Part shown: positions 39,032-47,220 of the stretch, piece after piece | Position numbering within the stretch: position 1 is the first letter of the stretch | Layout of the letters: each line of letters begins with the position of its first letter | From: Acidobacteriota bacterium | GTDB lineage: Bacteria; Acidobacteriota; Vicinamibacteria; Vicinamibacterales; CAVVIG01 | Length of the DNA stretch: 64,000 bases | Assembly (NCBI GenBank): GCA_043743165.1 | Contig: JAYTXA010000059.1 | Coordinates: 70,816-134,815, forward strand | Direction of reading: 5' to 3' | Translations under genes and position numbers: made by a program | The notes under the pieces: generated by a model | What the model saw: the letters and a program-made list of their open reading frames with translations, nothing else | Database searches by the model: none | Told to the model about the DNA's origin: nothing

Positions 39032-39655
39032 GTGCCGGTCCACATCATCGATCACCCACTGGTGCATGACGCGCTCGTCGAGCTGCGCGACAAGCAGACG
39101 TCGCCTGCGCACTTCCGGCGCGCTGCCACCCGCATCAGCGTGCTGCTGGCAGCGGAGGCGCTGCGCGAGGCGCCGTCGGTGGTCGTCACCGTCGAGACGC
39201 CGATCGGGCCCGCACCCGGACGTCGGCTGAAGCCCGAAGTGGTGGTAGTGCCGGTGCTGCGTGCCGGACTCGGCATGCTCGACGCGGTGCTGGAACTGGT
39301 GCCCGATGCGCGTGTCGGCCACATCGGCCTGCAGCGCGACGAGGAAACCGCCATCGCCTCGCGCTACTACTCGAAGCTGCCGAACCGGCTCGAACACAGT
39401 TACGTGCTGATGATCGATCCGATGCTGGCCACGGGCGGATCGGCCGTGGCGGCGATCGACCTGCTGCATCAGGCCGGTGCGAGGGACGTCCGGATCGTGT
39501 GCATCGTGGCGGCGCCGGAAGGCATCGCCACCGTCGAGCAGCACTTTCCGCATGTGCATATCTACACGCCAGTAGTCGACCTGAAGCTGAACGAGCACAA
39601 GTACATCGTGCCGGGCCTGGGCGACTTCGGCGATCGGTTGTACGGCACGCTGTAA
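39032..39655 (+). CDS. upp: uracil phosphoribosyltransferase
   Basis: 207-aa ORF (GTG start) with HPLV...LRD, MIDPMLATGGS and YIVPGLGDFGDRLYGT. Confidence 0.93.
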   Translation: MPVHIIDHPLVHDALVELRDKQTSPAHFRRAATRISVLLAAEALREAPSVVVTVETPIGPAPGRRLKPEVVVVPVLRAGLGMLDAVLELVPDARVGHIGLQRDEETAIASRYYSKLPNRLEHSYVLMIDPMLATGGSAVAAIDLLHQAGARDVRIVCIVAAPEGIATVEQHFPHVHIYTPVVDLKLNEHKYIVPGLGDFGDRLYGTL

Positions 39656-39677
39656 TTCTGCCGGCTGGAGGTGATCC

Positions 39678-40532
39678 GTGTCGGAGTCCCGCTCGAAACA
39701 GCCGCCCGGTGAACGACGGTCGCAGGGGCGACAGCCGTCGGACGCCTGGCACACGGCGCTCACCGCGATCGCGCCAAACGCGATCATGGTGCGTGGGTTC
39801 CACCTCGATGCGTTGATGGGGCGGCTCGATTTCGCCGACGCCGTCTACTTGCTGTTGATGGGCGAGCTTCCGTCGCGAGCCATCGGCCGCATGCTCAACG
39901 CCATTCTCGTCTCGCTGATCGATCACGGGGTGACGCCGCCGTCGACGCTGGCGGCGCGGAACGTGGCCGCAAGCGGCGCGCCGCTGAAGGACTCGGTGGC
40001 GGCCGGCATCCTGGCGTTCGGTCCGTATCATGGTGGCGATATCGAGACGTGCATGCGCTTCCTCGACCAGGGGCTGTCGCTCGTGCGCAGCGGCTCTTCG
40101 TATGCGGAATCGGCCGACCAGCTCGTGGTCGACCTGCTGGCCCGCGGCATTACCACGCCGCCCGGGTTCGGGCATCGGCTGCACACGCAGGATCCGCGGG
40201 CGCCGCGCCTGTTCCAGTTGGCCATGGAACTGGAACTGGAAGGCGAGCACGTGCGGATGTTGCGCGCCATCGAGCAGGCGCTGGCGGCGCGGCAGGATCT
40301 GCTGGGGCGGCTGCTGCCGGCCAACGTCGACGGCGCCATTGCGGCGATTTCCGCTGACCTCGGGTTCAGCTACGAACTGGGGAACGCCATTTTCCTGATT
40401 TCGCGGCTGCCAGGGCTGATCGCGCATGCGCACGAAGAGCGGATGCGGCAGCAACCAATGCGGCAGATCGATCCGAAGGACCACGTCTACGACGGATCGA
40501 GCGAACGACGGTTGCCTGAGGGGCGGAAGTAA
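39678..40532 (+). CDS. citrate synthase-family protein (short, citryl-CoA lyase-like)
   Basis: 284-aa ORF with GPYHGGDIE and GFGHRLHTQDPRA (citrate synthase family catalytic His/Asp motifs). It lacks the N-terminal half of full-length citrate synthases. Confidence 0.75.
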   Translation: MSESRSKQPPGERRSQGRQPSDAWHTALTAIAPNAIMVRGFHLDALMGRLDFADAVYLLLMGELPSRAIGRMLNAILVSLIDHGVTPPSTLAARNVAASGAPLKDSVAAGILAFGPYHGGDIETCMRFLDQGLSLVRSGSSYAESADQLVVDLLARGITTPPGFGHRLHTQDPRAPRLFQLAMELELEGEHVRMLRAIEQALAARQDLLGRLLPANVDGAIAAISADLGFSYELGNAIFLISRLPGLIAHAHEERMRQQPMRQIDPKDHVYDGSSERRLPEGRK

Positions 40533-40574
40533 CGTTAGAATCCTGAGTCCCAGCGTCAGGCTGGCCGGATTTTC

Positions 40575-40651
40575 GGACGATTAGCTCAGCTGGTTAGAGC
40601 GTTCGCTTCACACGCGAGAGGTCGCTGGTTCGAATCCAGCATCGTCCACCA
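40575..40651 (+). tRNA. tRNA-Val (anticodon CAC), CCA encoded
   Basis: Manual cloverleaf. The acceptor GGACGAT pairs with ATCGTCC. D arm is GCTC/GAGC. The anticodon stem TTCGC/GCGAG carries loop TTCACAC. The T arm GCTGG/CCAGC carries TTCGAAT. The 3' end is ACCA. Confidence 0.9.
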
Positions 40652-40659
40652 CTTCCAAG

Positions 40660-40693
40660 ACGCCCCCAGAGCATTCGGGGGCGTTTTCATTTT
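40660..40693 (+). terminator. rho-independent terminator after tRNA-Val
   Basis: An 8-bp GC-rich stem ACGCCCCC/GGGGGCGT with a 9-nt loop, followed by TTTTCATTTT. Confidence 0.75.
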
Positions 40694-40784
40694 GAGGACG
40701 CGTGGCGGGGCGACCGAACCGGCGCCCGCCTGTCAGGCTGCCGACGTTGCGCCGGACCAGAGGACCATCGCCGCCCGGCGTTCG

Positions 40785-43700
40785 TCAACTGGAGTGCGCT
40801 GACTCCCCTTCGAACGTCAGCTTGAATACCGTATCGGTCATCCAGCGCCGGAAGGACTCGTTGTCCATGAACTGCTTGAACAACTCGGTGTCGTCCTTCA
40901 GCACGGCGGTCATCACCCTGGCCAGCGCCTTGTCGTGCTCGATTTTGGCGTTCTGCTTGTCGGAGTTCTTCTTCGCGTTCTGAAACGCCGTGTCCGCGGC
41001 AACGCGGCTGGGGATGTCCTCGGTGATCAGCTTGTGCACTCGGTCGGCGTCGCTCCACGGGATGTTCCCGAACTGGTCGTTGAACGCCTTGATGATGTTC
41101 GACAGTCGGTCCAGCGCCGGCTCCGGCTTCCGTCCGCCGCCGCTAGTGGGGACGGGCTCGATCTCGGCGTCCGTGTCAGGCAACTGGATGCGCTGCACGG
41201 CCTTCTTCTCGGCCCGGTAGCTGTCCATGTCGATGGTGTCGAGGATGCCTCTGGACAGGTCCTCATCGATCGGCGCCGGCAGCTTCGCGATGAGAAAGTT
41301 CAGGAAAATCGACAGCTTCTCCCAGTCGCCGTTCGTGTAGGGCAGGATGGACGCCAGGAACCCGTAGGCCCGGACGAACGCCTTTGCCTTTCCCTTGAAA
41401 TCGACCTGCTGATCTTCCCCGAGCGCCACGTAGGCCGCCCTGCATACGTCCAGGACGGGGTCGACCTTCGGTCGTTCGGCGCCCTCCAGATAACGCTCGA
41501 CGAACGCGTCCACCTGTTCTGGCGAGTAGACCTCGTACCCGTCGAGCGCCGCCTTCAGGTCGTGCAGCTTGTTCGGGTCCGTCTCCTCACTGAGGAGGGT
41601 CGTCCGGTAGTAGTCGGCAAACGACTCGCGGATGGCGTCGGCGTCATTCATGAAGTCGAGGACGAAGGTGTCGTGCTTCTGCGGATGCGCCCGGTTGAGC
41701 CTCGAGAGCGTCTGCACGGCCTTGATGCCAGACAGCATCTTGTCCACATACATCGTGTGCAGGAGCGGCTCGTCGTAACCGGTCTGGAACTTGTCGGCAC
41801 AGATCAGGAACCGATACGGATCGTCCTGAATCTTGTCGGCGATCTTGCTCGACGGGAAGCCGTTCAGCACCGCTTCGGAGTAGTCCTTCAGCTTCGCCCC
41901 CTTGGCGTCCTTCAACTCATCGAAGCGATTCTCGTGCTCTCCAGAGAACGCGACGATGGCCTTGAAGGGGCTCTTGCGCTCGGTCAGGTAGGCGCGAATC
42001 GCGACGAAATACTGCACGGCCCGCTCGATGCTGCTGGTCACCACCATGGCGCGCGCCTGGCCGCCGACCTTGGTCAGCGCCACGACCTGCTCGTGGAAGT
42101 GGTCCACCATGATCTCGGCCTTCAGCCGGATGGCATGGTCGTGGCTCTCCACGTAACGGCGGAGCTTCTTAGATGCCCGCCTGGTGTCGAACTCGGGGTC
42201 GCTCTCGACGGTCTTGGCCAGCCGGTAGTAGCTCTCCACCGGCGTGTAGTTCCTTAGCACGTCGAGGATGAAGCCTTCGTCGATGGCCTGCTTCATCGTG
42301 TAGCTATGGAACGCGACGTGGCGCACCTTGCCGTCAACCGGCGGCAGCGCCCTGCCGAAGATCTCCAGCGTCTTGTTCTTCGGGGTGGCCGTGAAGGCGA
42401 AGTAGCTGGCATTCGGGAGCAGCTTGCGCGACTCCATGATCCGGTTGATCCGGTCTTCCGTCGTCTCGTCGTCGTTCTTGGTCCCGGCCTCGGACAGGGC
42501 CATGTTGATGGCGGCGGAGGCCTGCCCGCCCTGGCTCGAATGTGCCTCATCGATCACGATGGCAAACCGCCGGCCGCGCTGCTCGTTGCCAATCTCATCG
42601 AGGATGTGCGGGAACTTTTGCACCGTTGTGATGATGAGCTTCTTGCCGCCCTCGATGAATTTGCGAAGATCGCCTGAGTGCTCGGCGTGCCCGACGGTGG
42701 CACTGACCTGAGCGAACTGCTTGATCGTGTCGCGGATCTGCTTGTCGAGGATTCGGCGATCGGTCACAACGATGACCGAATCGAAGACCGCGGCCTCGTC
42801 CTTTCGAAGGCCGATCATCTGGTGGGCCAGCCAGGCGATGGAGTTCGACTTGCCGCTGCCAGCTGAATGCTGGACGAGGTATCGCTGGCCGGCGCCATGC
42901 TCCGACACGTCGGCGAGCAGTTTGTGGACGACATCGAGCTGGTGATAGCGCGGCCAGATCTGGACCGACTTCTTCTTGCCGGTCTTCTCGTCCTTCGTTT
43001 CGACAATCTGGGCGTAGTTCTCGAGGATGTCCGTCAGCCCCTCCCGAGTGAGGACACGCGTCCACAGATAGTCGGTCTTGAGGCCTGCCGGGTTCGGAGG
43101 GTTGCCGGCGCCGTCGTTCCATCCGAGGTTGAAGGGGAGGAACCAGGAGCTCTTCCCCTTCAGGTGCGTGCAGAAACGCACCTCGTGGTCGTCCACGGCG
43201 AAGTGCGCGGCGCAGCGGCCGAACTCGAACAGCTTCTCACGCGGGTCGCGGTCGCGCTTGTACTGCTCCACCGCATCGTCTGCCGTCTGCTTCGTGAGGC
43301 TGTTCTTGAGTTCCAGGGTGGCGACGGGGAGACCGTTGACGAAGAGGGCTAGGTCCAGGGCTCGCTGCGTTTCGTCGCGGCTGTAGCGAAGCTGACGGGA
43401 TGCGGAGAAGCGGTTCTGGTGGTAGCGCTTCGCCGCGGGTTCGTTGCCCGGTGAGGGCGTGCCGTAGAAGAGGTCGACGTGGTGCGGACCGTCCTTCACG
43501 CCGTGGCGCAGGACGTCGATGACGCCGCGCTTGCTGATTTCACCCTGCAGGCGCGCCAGGAACTTTCGGCGGGATGGCCCCTCCTCGGCGATATTGAGAC
43601 CGTCGAACGCTTCGGGTTGCGTCACCACCAGGAACGCCAGTAACTGCGCGATGTCGACCGTGTATTCACGGTCGTAGTCGTCCGGGTGGCCGGGAAGCCA

Positions 43701-43823
43701 GCCAGCGGCACCGGGTTGCGCCTCGTGCGGGTCCGGTTTCGGACCGGCCGGGTTGCAGGCGGTGCCGGTCAGCGACTGGCAGATCAGTTCTTCGAGACCA
43801 CGTTCGCTCGTGTCACTCGGCAT
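40785..43823 (-). CDS. hsdR: type I restriction enzyme R subunit
   Basis: 1012-aa ORF with helicase motifs (HSAGSGKS, VIDEAHSSQGG DEAH box, FTATP) and a type I HsdR N-terminal nuclease region. SD-like GAGGA upstream. Confidence 0.93.
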   Translation of the reverse strand: MPSDTSERGLEELICQSLTGTACNPAGPKPDPHEAQPGAAGWLPGHPDDYDREYTVDIAQLLAFLVVTQPEAFDGLNIAEEGPSRRKFLARLQGEISKRGVIDVLRHGVKDGPHHVDLFYGTPSPGNEPAAKRYHQNRFSASRQLRYSRDETQRALDLALFVNGLPVATLELKNSLTKQTADDAVEQYKRDRDPREKLFEFGRCAAHFAVDDHEVRFCTHLKGKSSWFLPFNLGWNDGAGNPPNPAGLKTDYLWTRVLTREGLTDILENYAQIVETKDEKTGKKKSVQIWPRYHQLDVVHKLLADVSEHGAGQRYLVQHSAGSGKSNSIAWLAHQMIGLRKDEAAVFDSVIVVTDRRILDKQIRDTIKQFAQVSATVGHAEHSGDLRKFIEGGKKLIITTVQKFPHILDEIGNEQRGRRFAIVIDEAHSSQGGQASAAINMALSEAGTKNDDETTEDRINRIMESRKLLPNASYFAFTATPKNKTLEIFGRALPPVDGKVRHVAFHSYTMKQAIDEGFILDVLRNYTPVESYYRLAKTVESDPEFDTRRASKKLRRYVESHDHAIRLKAEIMVDHFHEQVVALTKVGGQARAMVVTSSIERAVQYFVAIRAYLTERKSPFKAIVAFSGEHENRFDELKDAKGAKLKDYSEAVLNGFPSSKIADKIQDDPYRFLICADKFQTGYDEPLLHTMYVDKMLSGIKAVQTLSRLNRAHPQKHDTFVLDFMNDADAIRESFADYYRTTLLSEETDPNKLHDLKAALDGYEVYSPEQVDAFVERYLEGAERPKVDPVLDVCRAAYVALGEDQQVDFKGKAKAFVRAYGFLASILPYTNGDWEKLSIFLNFLIAKLPAPIDEDLSRGILDTIDMDSYRAEKKAVQRIQLPDTDAEIEPVPTSGGGRKPEPALDRLSNIIKAFNDQFGNIPWSDADRVHKLITEDIPSRVAADTAFQNAKKNSDKQNAKIEHDKALARVMTAVLKDDTELFKQFMDNESFRRWMTDTVFKLTFEGESAHSS

Positions 43824-43832
43824 CGTCCGTCC

Positions 43833-44576
43833 TCAGGCCACAGTGGCCGACACTCGTGCGGCCCTGATGATGGGCACGAAGAACGCAGCCCCCGCAGGGT
43901 GCGACTGCTCCCAGGCCTGATCCGGCACGAGGTCGCGCGCATGCGCCAGCACGCACGCGCGCCAGTCCTCGGCAGTTCTCAGCAGCCCGGTCCGCATCTC
44001 GTCAGCATCGAGGAAGCCGAGGTAGACAAGAACGACCGGCACGCCGAGCGAGCCCACTTTCCAGGCCCATGCGAAGCGGTTGCATAGCTGATAGTGCGCG
44101 GCAGCGCACAGGTTCCAGCCAGACTCGGCCCCGCCAAGGGCGGCGTTCGCTTCGAGAATGGCCGCCGCGATGCTGGCATCGTTCTTCTCGTTGCCCTCGC
44201 TCTTGCCGTCTCGATGCAGTTCGCCAGCGTGAGCTTTCGCTTCCACGAGAACAAGCCCTGCACGTCCATCAATCCAGCAGGTGCTGACGATGTCCCAGTT
44301 CGGCGTATTCGCGCGTTCCCGCACGGCGAGCCACCACGACGTTAGCACCTCGCGCTGGTCGGCGTTCAGGAACGCCGCGACTTCCCCCAACCGAGCCTCG
44401 TTGCCCTCGAGAAACCCGCGCGGCTGCCACACGTCGTCAAAACTGACTGTCGCGTGCGGCTGGACGAGCGTGTTCAGGAATGCAGCGACGTCCCGTCTGC
44501 CGACGCTGGTGGCCATGAGGCAACGCAGCCGACTGCCCTTGAACTCCCGCCGTCTGAAGGTCACCCCGTCCGTCAC
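43833..44576 (-). CDS. unknown R-M-embedded protein with PD-(D/E)xK-like motif
   Basis: 247-aa ORF. Its GTG start overlaps the hsdS stop (GTGA) and its stop lies 9 nt before hsdR. The candidate nuclease core is NWDIVSTCWIDGRAGLVLVEAKAH. I recognise no family. Confidence 0.6.
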   Translation of the reverse strand: MTDGVTFRRREFKGSRLRCLMATSVGRRDVAAFLNTLVQPHATVSFDDVWQPRGFLEGNEARLGEVAAFLNADQREVLTSWWLAVRERANTPNWDIVSTCWIDGRAGLVLVEAKAHAGELHRDGKSEGNEKNDASIAAAILEANAALGGAESGWNLCAAAHYQLCNRFAWAWKVGSLGVPVVLVYLGFLDADEMRTGLLRTAEDWRACVLAHARDLVPDQAWEQSHPAGAAFFVPIIRAARVSATVA

Positions 44577-45973
44577 TCGACCGTCTCCGCAAAATCCAGA
44601 TCCGCTTCGTCAGGCTCTTCCGCCTCAATTGCGGCCTCGTCGTCAATCCCTTCGAGCGATGGCTCCTCTGAGAGACGGGTCGCCGCTTCGCGCACGTCAA
44701 GGCGACCCATGACGACATCCGATATCAATTGCGTTCCATAGTCGCGGAGAAGAGCGACTTCCGTCCGAGCCCGCTGAATCGCTGTCTCCACACGGTCAGT
44801 CGCCCGGGCGAGATAATCAACGATTGCCTCCTGTTCGCCAACCGGGGGCACGATGGACTTGACGTTGTAGAAGTTCTGGTTCGACAAGTTCTGCAAGCCC
44901 ACCGTCATGCCGTTGGAGCGACCAGCGTAGATGGTTCTGTACGGCGCCGTGTGATACAGCAACTCGAAATACTCGGTAATCAGTTCACGCCTGGGTTCGA
45001 ACACCCCGTAGTGGAACGAGACAATCCCTCGAAGGGACGACGCGAAGAACACTCCGAGGTGCGCCTTGAATCTGTTGACGACCAAGTCTCCAGAGACAGT
45101 CAGTTTCCAGTTGTCGTAGGTCGACGTCTGGAGGGACCTTTCCTTCATTTCGGTGGTCGCGATCAGTCCGTCACGTTGCGACAGCGATAGTGGCGTTTCC
45201 GGTAGCCCATTGTGAGGTCGAATGTTCTCTTTGAAGATCCTTTGGTTCAGCACCACGTCCCAGTGAGCCGGAACGTCGCCGAGACACTCGACGCCGGAGG
45301 GTTTCAGGCGAACACTTGGATCGAGCCCCATCGTCACAGCACGAAGGATTGTGGCTTGCTTCTGTTCCTCAAGCAGTTTGATCAGCCTCTGCTTCGCCCG
45401 GATGTACCGCCGGATTCGTCCGCTCGCGTGTTCCATGAATCGAAGGAGAGGGAACTGCTCATCGGGGGATGGCAAGCAAACAGTCGTTTCAAGGAATCGG
45501 TCGTCGTAGAGCCGCAGGAATCCGGCGCTACCGGTTCCCAGCCCTGTCGATTCACGCCTGAAGTGATCTCGATAGGGCTGAGTCCGCAGTAACTGACTCA
45601 GGAACGGCATCACGACTCGGGCATCGCGCGCTTCAAACACTGAGTAGTCTGGGCTAACAAGTCCGTCGAGCCCGGAGTCGAATACTAGGCCGTTGTTGGC
45701 TTGCAGCCGGTTGACGACGAGTTGTCCTTTGTTCACCAGCTTGTATCCGACCATCGTCGCTCCCTGCGACGGTCGTTCGAAGTGTTCGCTGTAAACGACG
45801 ATGCCGTGGTCGCGGCGGAGCGACAGCAAGGTCTCTGCGCCCGTTGTCGAACGCCGGTCAACAGGCCGCAGCAGCGCCTTGATTCGTCTCCGCTCCCAAT
45901 GAGATGGCGCCGCTCCCAGCCATTGCACGCCGGAGTCCACCATCTGAGGATACGGTTTCAGACCTGCAATCAC
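44573..45973 (-). CDS. hsdS: type I restriction enzyme specificity subunit
   Basis: GTG 45973 (VIAGLKPYPQMVDSGVQWLG...) lies within the over-long track ORF 44573..46636. It has two target-recognition domains separated by conserved helices (RIRRYIRAKQRLIKLLEEQKQA; ETAIQRARTEVALLRDY). Confidence 0.85.
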   Translation of the reverse strand: MIAGLKPYPQMVDSGVQWLGAAPSHWERRRIKALLRPVDRRSTTGAETLLSLRRDHGIVVYSEHFERPSQGATMVGYKLVNKGQLVVNRLQANNGLVFDSGLDGLVSPDYSVFEARDARVVMPFLSQLLRTQPYRDHFRRESTGLGTGSAGFLRLYDDRFLETTVCLPSPDEQFPLLRFMEHASGRIRRYIRAKQRLIKLLEEQKQATILRAVTMGLDPSVRLKPSGVECLGDVPAHWDVVLNQRIFKENIRPHNGLPETPLSLSQRDGLIATTEMKERSLQTSTYDNWKLTVSGDLVVNRFKAHLGVFFASSLRGIVSFHYGVFEPRRELITEYFELLYHTAPYRTIYAGRSNGMTVGLQNLSNQNFYNVKSIVPPVGEQEAIVDYLARATDRVETAIQRARTEVALLRDYGTQLISDVVMGRLDVREAATRLSEEPSLEGIDDEAAIEAEEPDEADLDFAETVE

Positions 45974-47160
45974 GCTCCGGCCTCTCCGTCGAATAGACCG
46001 ACATAGGCGTCGTAGCGGAAGCGACGGTGCCTCGCCTGGCCGGTGATCTCGTTGAGGATTCCGAGGTCCACCATCCGTTGCACGATCTGGTTGGCACCGG
46101 CGAACGTCGTCCCGATCAACTGCTGAACATCCGCGACGCTCATGATCGGGCGCTCGTAGAGATGCTCCAACACTCGATGACCGTTGCCGGCACCACGTCC
46201 GAGTCCATCCGTAATCGCACGGCGATGCTGCTCGCGCAGTTCGAGGATGCGGCGCGCGGTGTCCGCCGCCTCCAGGCTGACCTGCGCAATGCCGCGCAGG
46301 AAGAACGCGAGCCATTCCTCGAAGTCGCCCGCGTCGCGCACGGCCTGCAGGCGCTCGTAGTACTCCAGCCGGAAGCGCTTGAAGTAGTGCGACAGGTAGA
46401 GCACCGGCTTGTGCAGTGCGCCCTTCTCGCACAACAGGAACGTGACGAGCAGACGGCCGATACGTCCGTTGCCGTCGAGGAAGGGATGAATAGTCTCGAA
46501 CTGTGCGTGTGCAAGGCCGATCTTCACGAGCAGCGGCAGGTCGTCGTCGCGATGAAGAAAGGATTCGAGATCGCCGAGCGCGGCGCTGAGCTCCCCCGGA
46601 GGGGGCGGCACGAAGCTGGCCTCTGCCAGCGTGCAACCTGACGGGCCAATCCAGTTCTGGCTCCGCCGCAACTCGCCCGGCGTCAGCCTCGACCCGCGAA
46701 CGCCCTTGAGCAGCTCGGCGTGGATTTCTCGAATGAGACGAACCGACACAGGGAGTTCGGGTAGCCTTGCCAGTCCGTGCCGCATGGCGCTGACGTAGTT
46801 GACGACCTCGTCCACATCGCGCGGGCGCCCCTCCCCGAGGACCTGCGCTTCGGCAGCCAGCAGGTCCTGGAGCGAACTCTGCGTGCCCTCGATCTGGCTC
46901 GAGAGCACGGCTTCTTTCCGGACATACATGTAGACGAAGAGGTCCGGGTTGGGCAGGGTCTGGACCGAGCCGTCGAGCCGGCCAAGCGCCCGGTCCGCTT
47001 CGGACAGCAGGCGCTGCAGTTCCCCCATCAGCTGAACCGGAGGGTCCGGGGGCAGCGGTGAAGGAATGAAGGCGCTGTAGCCTTCAGCCTGGCGAATGTA
47101 GCGCCCCGCTCGCCCCTGAGCGGCTCGGTTACTGCCTGTGCTGGTTTCTGCGTTTACCAT
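45970..47160 (-). CDS. Fic/DOC-family protein (Fic_N + Fic + wHTH)
   Basis: 396-aa ORF with active-site motif HPFLDGNGRIGR. An N-terminal inhibitory-helix-like SSQIEGT (S/TxxxE-G/N) is present. The gene sits between hsdM and hsdS. Confidence 0.9.
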   Translation of the reverse strand: MVNAETSTGSNRAAQGRAGRYIRQAEGYSAFIPSPLPPDPPVQLMGELQRLLSEADRALGRLDGSVQTLPNPDLFVYMYVRKEAVLSSQIEGTQSSLQDLLAAEAQVLGEGRPRDVDEVVNYVSAMRHGLARLPELPVSVRLIREIHAELLKGVRGSRLTPGELRRSQNWIGPSGCTLAEASFVPPPPGELSAALGDLESFLHRDDDLPLLVKIGLAHAQFETIHPFLDGNGRIGRLLVTFLLCEKGALHKPVLYLSHYFKRFRLEYYERLQAVRDAGDFEEWLAFFLRGIAQVSLEAADTARRILELREQHRRAITDGLGRGAGNGHRVLEHLYERPIMSVADVQQLIGTTFAGANQIVQRMVDLGILNEITGQARHRRFRYDAYVGLFDGEAGA

Positions 47161-47220
47161 GGCCCTAATCAGGCCCCATGATAAACGCAGCGTTTAACAT
47201 GGGCCAGCAGAACGGCCATG

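Noticed and set aside
39186-40484. 432-aa minus-strand ORF
   Set aside because: It is antisense to upp and the citrate-synthase-family gene. The translation is Arg/Pro-rich and motif-free.
954-46636. Over-extended N-termini of track ORFs (954..2645, 21024..21956, 21796..23898, 23286..25049, 24716..26257, 28245..29222, 28637..29761, 37613..39787, 44573..46636)
   Set aside because: The upstream parts overlap the preceding gene in another frame and are Arg/Pro-rich. Internal starts that overlap or abut the preceding stop codon, or that restore canonical N-termini, were preferred. Exact starts remain unverified.
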